DNA from: Synechococcus elongatus PCC 6301
GTDB lineage: Bacteria > Cyanobacteriota > Cyanobacteriia > Synechococcales > Synechococcaceae
Direction of reading: 5' to 3'
DNA length: 32,000 bases
Assembly: GCF_000010065.1 (NCBI RefSeq)
Contig: NC_006576.1
Location: 1,260,001-1,292,000, forward strand
The first letter of the stretch is position 1; each line of letters begins with the position of its first letter. Below are positions 27,049 through 32,000 of this stretch, piece after piece. The position numbers and the translations under genes are program-made. Below the pieces are notes generated by a model. The model was not told the origin of the DNA. It saw nothing but the letters and a program-made list of their open reading frames with translations, and did no database searches.

Positions 27049-27365
27049 CAGCCGGGCTGACCAAATTGCAGGGCGTAGAGTTCGTCTTCCTTATGAGTCT
27101 CGATCTTCAGGTCCGATCGCGGATAGGCCACACAGAGTAAGGTGTAGCCCTGCTTAGCAGGCTCGGGCCCTACCCCCATGGCATCTGGCTGATCCACTTC
27201 ACCGCTGAGAATCCGCGCGGCACAGGTTGTACAGACTCCAGTTAAGCAAGAGGCCGGCAGATCAACGCCCGCAGCTTGCGCTGAGTCCAAAACACTTTGA
27301 TCTGAGTCAGCCGTGAAGGTTTGGGACTGACCCTGATAGATGACTTCGACTTGATAGGTAGCCAT
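27048..27365 (-). CDS. [2Fe-2S] plant-type ferredoxin
   Basis: 105 aa with SCLTGVCTTCAARILSGEVDQ...GYTLLCVAYPRSDLKIETHKEDELY (CxxxxCxxC...C). Confidence 0.93.
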   Translation of the reverse strand: MATYQVEVIYQGQSQTFTADSDQSVLDSAQAAGVDLPASCLTGVCTTCAARILSGEVDQPDAMGVGPEPAKQGYTLLCVAYPRSDLKIETHKEDELYALQFGQPG

Positions 27366-27473
27366 GGCGCTTCAGAAGAAAGGATGCGATCGCAACAAGA
27401 TCTAGTCTGCCGGTTCAGCACCAAGAAACCGCGCCCGAATTCACTCAAGCGCGGCCTCTGTTTCGGGAAGAAC

Positions 27474-28424
27474 CTAGCCGTTCAGCGCTTCGGCGCCAGC
27501 CACAACTTCCAGCAGTTCTTGGGTAATGGCAGCCTGACGAGCTTTGTTGTAAACCAGCGTCAGCTGACCCACCAAGGCATTGGCGTTGTCACTCGCGCTG
27601 TTCATTGCCGTCATCCGCGCAGCCAATTCACTGGCAGCGGCTTCCTGCAAGGCCCGCAACAACTGGTTGCTGAGGTAGAGCGGCAGCAAAGCGCTGAGGA
27701 TTTGAGCCGGATCTTGCTCAAAGATCATGTCGCGGGGCAGTGGGGCCACTTCCGAGGTCAGCTTTTCGCGTTCCACCGTAAAGCTACCGCCACGAGTTGT
27801 TAGGCGGAAGATTTCGTCATCGCTGCTGGCCAAGCCTTGCGGATCCAAAGGCAAGAGCGTTTGCACCACGGGGTTAGAAGCGACCAAGGAGAGGAACTTG
27901 GTGTAGACCAGTTCCACCCGATCGACGGTACCCGACAGGAACAGCGACAACAGCTGGTCGGCGATGTCATTCGCTTCCTGAGCCGTCGGGATTTGCTCCA
28001 AACCACTGTAGGTGGCTTCGATTGGCTGTTCGCGGCGCTGGAAGTACTGACCTGCCTTACGGCCAACAATCACGAACTTGTAGTCCAGACCCTGAGCGCT
28101 CAGTTCGCGCGCCCGTTGTTCAGCCCGACGAATGACGTTGGAGTTGTAGCCACCGCAAAGACCGCGATCGCCGGAAACAACCAGCAGGGCAACCGTCTTA
28201 ACCTCCCGACGCTGCAACAAGGGCAGGTCGACATTTTCAAATTGCAGCCGCTGTTGCAAACCGGCTAGCACCTGGGCCAAGCGATCGGCAAAGGGACGAG
28301 TACTGAGAACTTGTTCTTGAGCCCGACGCACCTTGGCGGCTGCCACCAGACGCATGGCTTCGGTAATTTTTCGGGTGTTGCGAACCGACTTAATGCGATC
28401 GCGAATCGCCTTGAGGTTTGCCAT
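27474..28424 (-). CDS. atpG: ATP synthase F1 gamma subunit (cyanobacterial/chloroplast type)
   Basis: [36 protein letters not shown]...[10 protein letters not shown]...[41 protein letters not shown]; start at 28424 preferred over 28457. Called atpC in some cyanobacterial literature. Confidence 0.97.
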   Translation of the reverse strand: MANLKAIRDRIKSVRNTRKITEAMRLVAAAKVRRAQEQVLSTRPFADRLAQVLAGLQQRLQFENVDLPLLQRREVKTVALLVVSGDRGLCGGYNSNVIRRAEQRARELSAQGLDYKFVIVGRKAGQYFQRREQPIEATYSGLEQIPTAQEANDIADQLLSLFLSGTVDRVELVYTKFLSLVASNPVVQTLLPLDPQGLASSDDEIFRLTTRGGSFTVEREKLTSEVAPLPRDMIFEQDPAQILSALLPLYLSNQLLRALQEAAASELAARMTAMNSASDNANALVGQLTLVYNKARQAAITQELLEVVAGAEALNG

Positions 28425-28486
28425 GAGCTTCTCCAAAAAGCGGCGCCGCCCAGTCAATTAGGCAGCGCCAACCAGTGTGTGAACGA

Positions 28487-30593
<2,107 letters not shown>

Positions 30594-30602
30594 GGCAAAG
30601 TC

Positions 30603-31121
30603 CTAGAGCGTAGCCAAGCTGCGATCGATCAAGCGCTGTTGGGCGGCCTCATCCAACTGCTGAGACAGTTGCGTCTCAACCCGGCTCAAGGCTTGGGCAA
30701 CTGCATAGCGGCGCAGTTCGTCCAGCACACGCTGTTGCTCAGTGCTGACATCTTGAGCAGCAGTGGCTTTCAAGCGTTCAACATCCGCAGCTGCTTTGTC
30801 CAAAATTTCTTGGCGTACCGCTGCTGCACGGGCTTTGGCTTCAACCAACAGGCGAGCCGCTTCAGCTTCTGCCTCTTTCAGTTGGGTCTGAGCCTGGCTC
30901 AGGGCTTGGGCAGACGATGCCAGCTTCTCTTCAACCTCACGGATTTCTGCTTCGATCGCAGCGCGACGGTTGCTGAGCAAATTGCCGAGGAAACCTCGAC
31001 CTGCATAGACCAAGAGACCAATGATGATCGCCAGGTTGATCAGGTTCGTTTCAAAGAGATCAAGATTGAGACCGAACCCAGAGGTCTCAGCATGCGCGAG
31101 CAAAATCCAAGAGGACATACT
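30603..31121 (-). CDS. atpF: ATP synthase F0 subunit b
   Basis: LDLFETNLINLAIIIGLLVYAGRGFLGNLLSNRRAAIEAEI plus heptad-rich helix; start at 31121 inferred (track 31157). Confidence 0.95.
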   Translation of the reverse strand, partial: SMSSWILLAHAETSGFGLNLDLFETNLINLAIIIGLLVYAGRGFLGNLLSNRRAAIEAEIREVEEKLASSAQALSQAQTQLKEAEAEAARLLVEAKARAAAVRQEILDKAAADVERLKATAAQDVSTEQQRVLDELRRYAVAQALSRVETQLSQQLDEAAQQRLIDRSLATL

Positions 31122-31161
31122 ATCCACTACCCAAAACAATGCCGAACTCGGACTCAAAAGC

Positions 31162-31638
31162 CTAAGCTCGGGCCAAGAGCTTATCGAGAATTTGATGGCT
31201 CAGGGCATCGACTTGCTGATCGAGCGCTTGCAAAGCAACCGCTTTCTGCTGGTCAATTTCCTGTTGCGCTTGCTCACGCTGGGCTTGAGCTTCACGCTGA
31301 GCTTCGGCCAGTTGCTGAGCAGCAATCCGACCAGCCTCAGTCTGGGCTTCAGCAATCAAAGCCTGAGACTGCTTGCGTGTAGCAGCAAGCTCCTGCTCGT
31401 ATTGTGCCGTCAAAGCCTTGACTTCTGCCAAACGAGCCTTGGCATCCTGCCGCCCGCCGCGAACAAATTGGTCGCGATCGTCGAGGACCTTGCCAAATGG
31501 TTTGTAGAAAACAGCGTTGAGTAGGAAGACCAAGACTAAGATTTGCACCGCCATCAAGGGCAGTGTGGCATCGAGGTCAAACAGGCCTCCTTCGGCTTCT
31601 TGAACGGCTTCTGCCGCAAGAATCATCCAAGCATTCAT
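31162..31638 (-). CDS. atpF': ATP synthase F0 subunit b'
   Basis: 158 aa: [43 protein letters not shown], characteristic b' N-terminus. Also called atpG in cyanobacteria. Confidence 0.95.
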   Translation of the reverse strand: MNAWMILAAEAVQEAEGGLFDLDATLPLMAVQILVLVFLLNAVFYKPFGKVLDDRDQFVRGGRQDAKARLAEVKALTAQYEQELAATRKQSQALIAEAQTEAGRIAAQQLAEAQREAQAQREQAQQEIDQQKAVALQALDQQVDALSHQILDKLLARA

Positions 31639-31782
31639 GAGTACAGGCTCCGCCGGAAGGTCGGAGAACAGCGGTTAAAACCGCCCAATAACCCGCAGGT
31701 CCACAGCAAGGAGCTGTCAGGCAATTGAGCACAGAAGAGGGGGCGGCTCAACCCATGAGACCGCCCCGAAGGATAGCTAAGC

Positions 31783-32000
<218 letters not shown>

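Overview
This window looks like a core chromosomal region of a unicellular cyanobacterium. The dense GCGATCGC (HIP1) octamers, IctB, CP12, Psb27 and the ATP synthase order fit Synechococcus elongatus (PCC 7942/6301 type). From left to right I can support: a BASS-type Na+-dependent transporter; a SulP permease fused to STAS and cNMP-binding domains; a receiver-like protein; a CpcS/CpeS lyase-family protein; two conserved cyanobacterial proteins; CP12; a FIST-domain protein; a metallophosphoesterase; trmB; ictB; ycf33; rbfA; a GH3/nagZ-like hydrolase; a small protein in an AT-rich island; a second BASS transporter; msrB; mlaD- and mlaF-like genes; a DUF3611 protein; recA; a pgeF/laccase-domain protein; birA; an M23 peptidase; psb27; a ferredoxin-led cluster; and most of the atp operon (c-b'-b-delta-alpha-gamma, minus strand, c subunit cut by the window edge). 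I see no CRISPR array, prophage, transposase, toxin-antitoxin cassette or obvious defence island. The least explained signal is a ~132-bp imperfect intergenic repeat present twice in opposite orientations (11333-11464 and 23583-23714). It carries two hairpins, and the differences that fall in the stems mostly stay paired (as G.U) on one strand only, which hints at a transcribed structured RNA. Secondary signals are small ORFs missed by the 60-aa cutoff (59 aa and 45 aa), an AT-rich island with a 78-aa membrane-like ORF, and a two-hairpin element downstream of recA. All identifications are by reading protein motifs; no database search was run.
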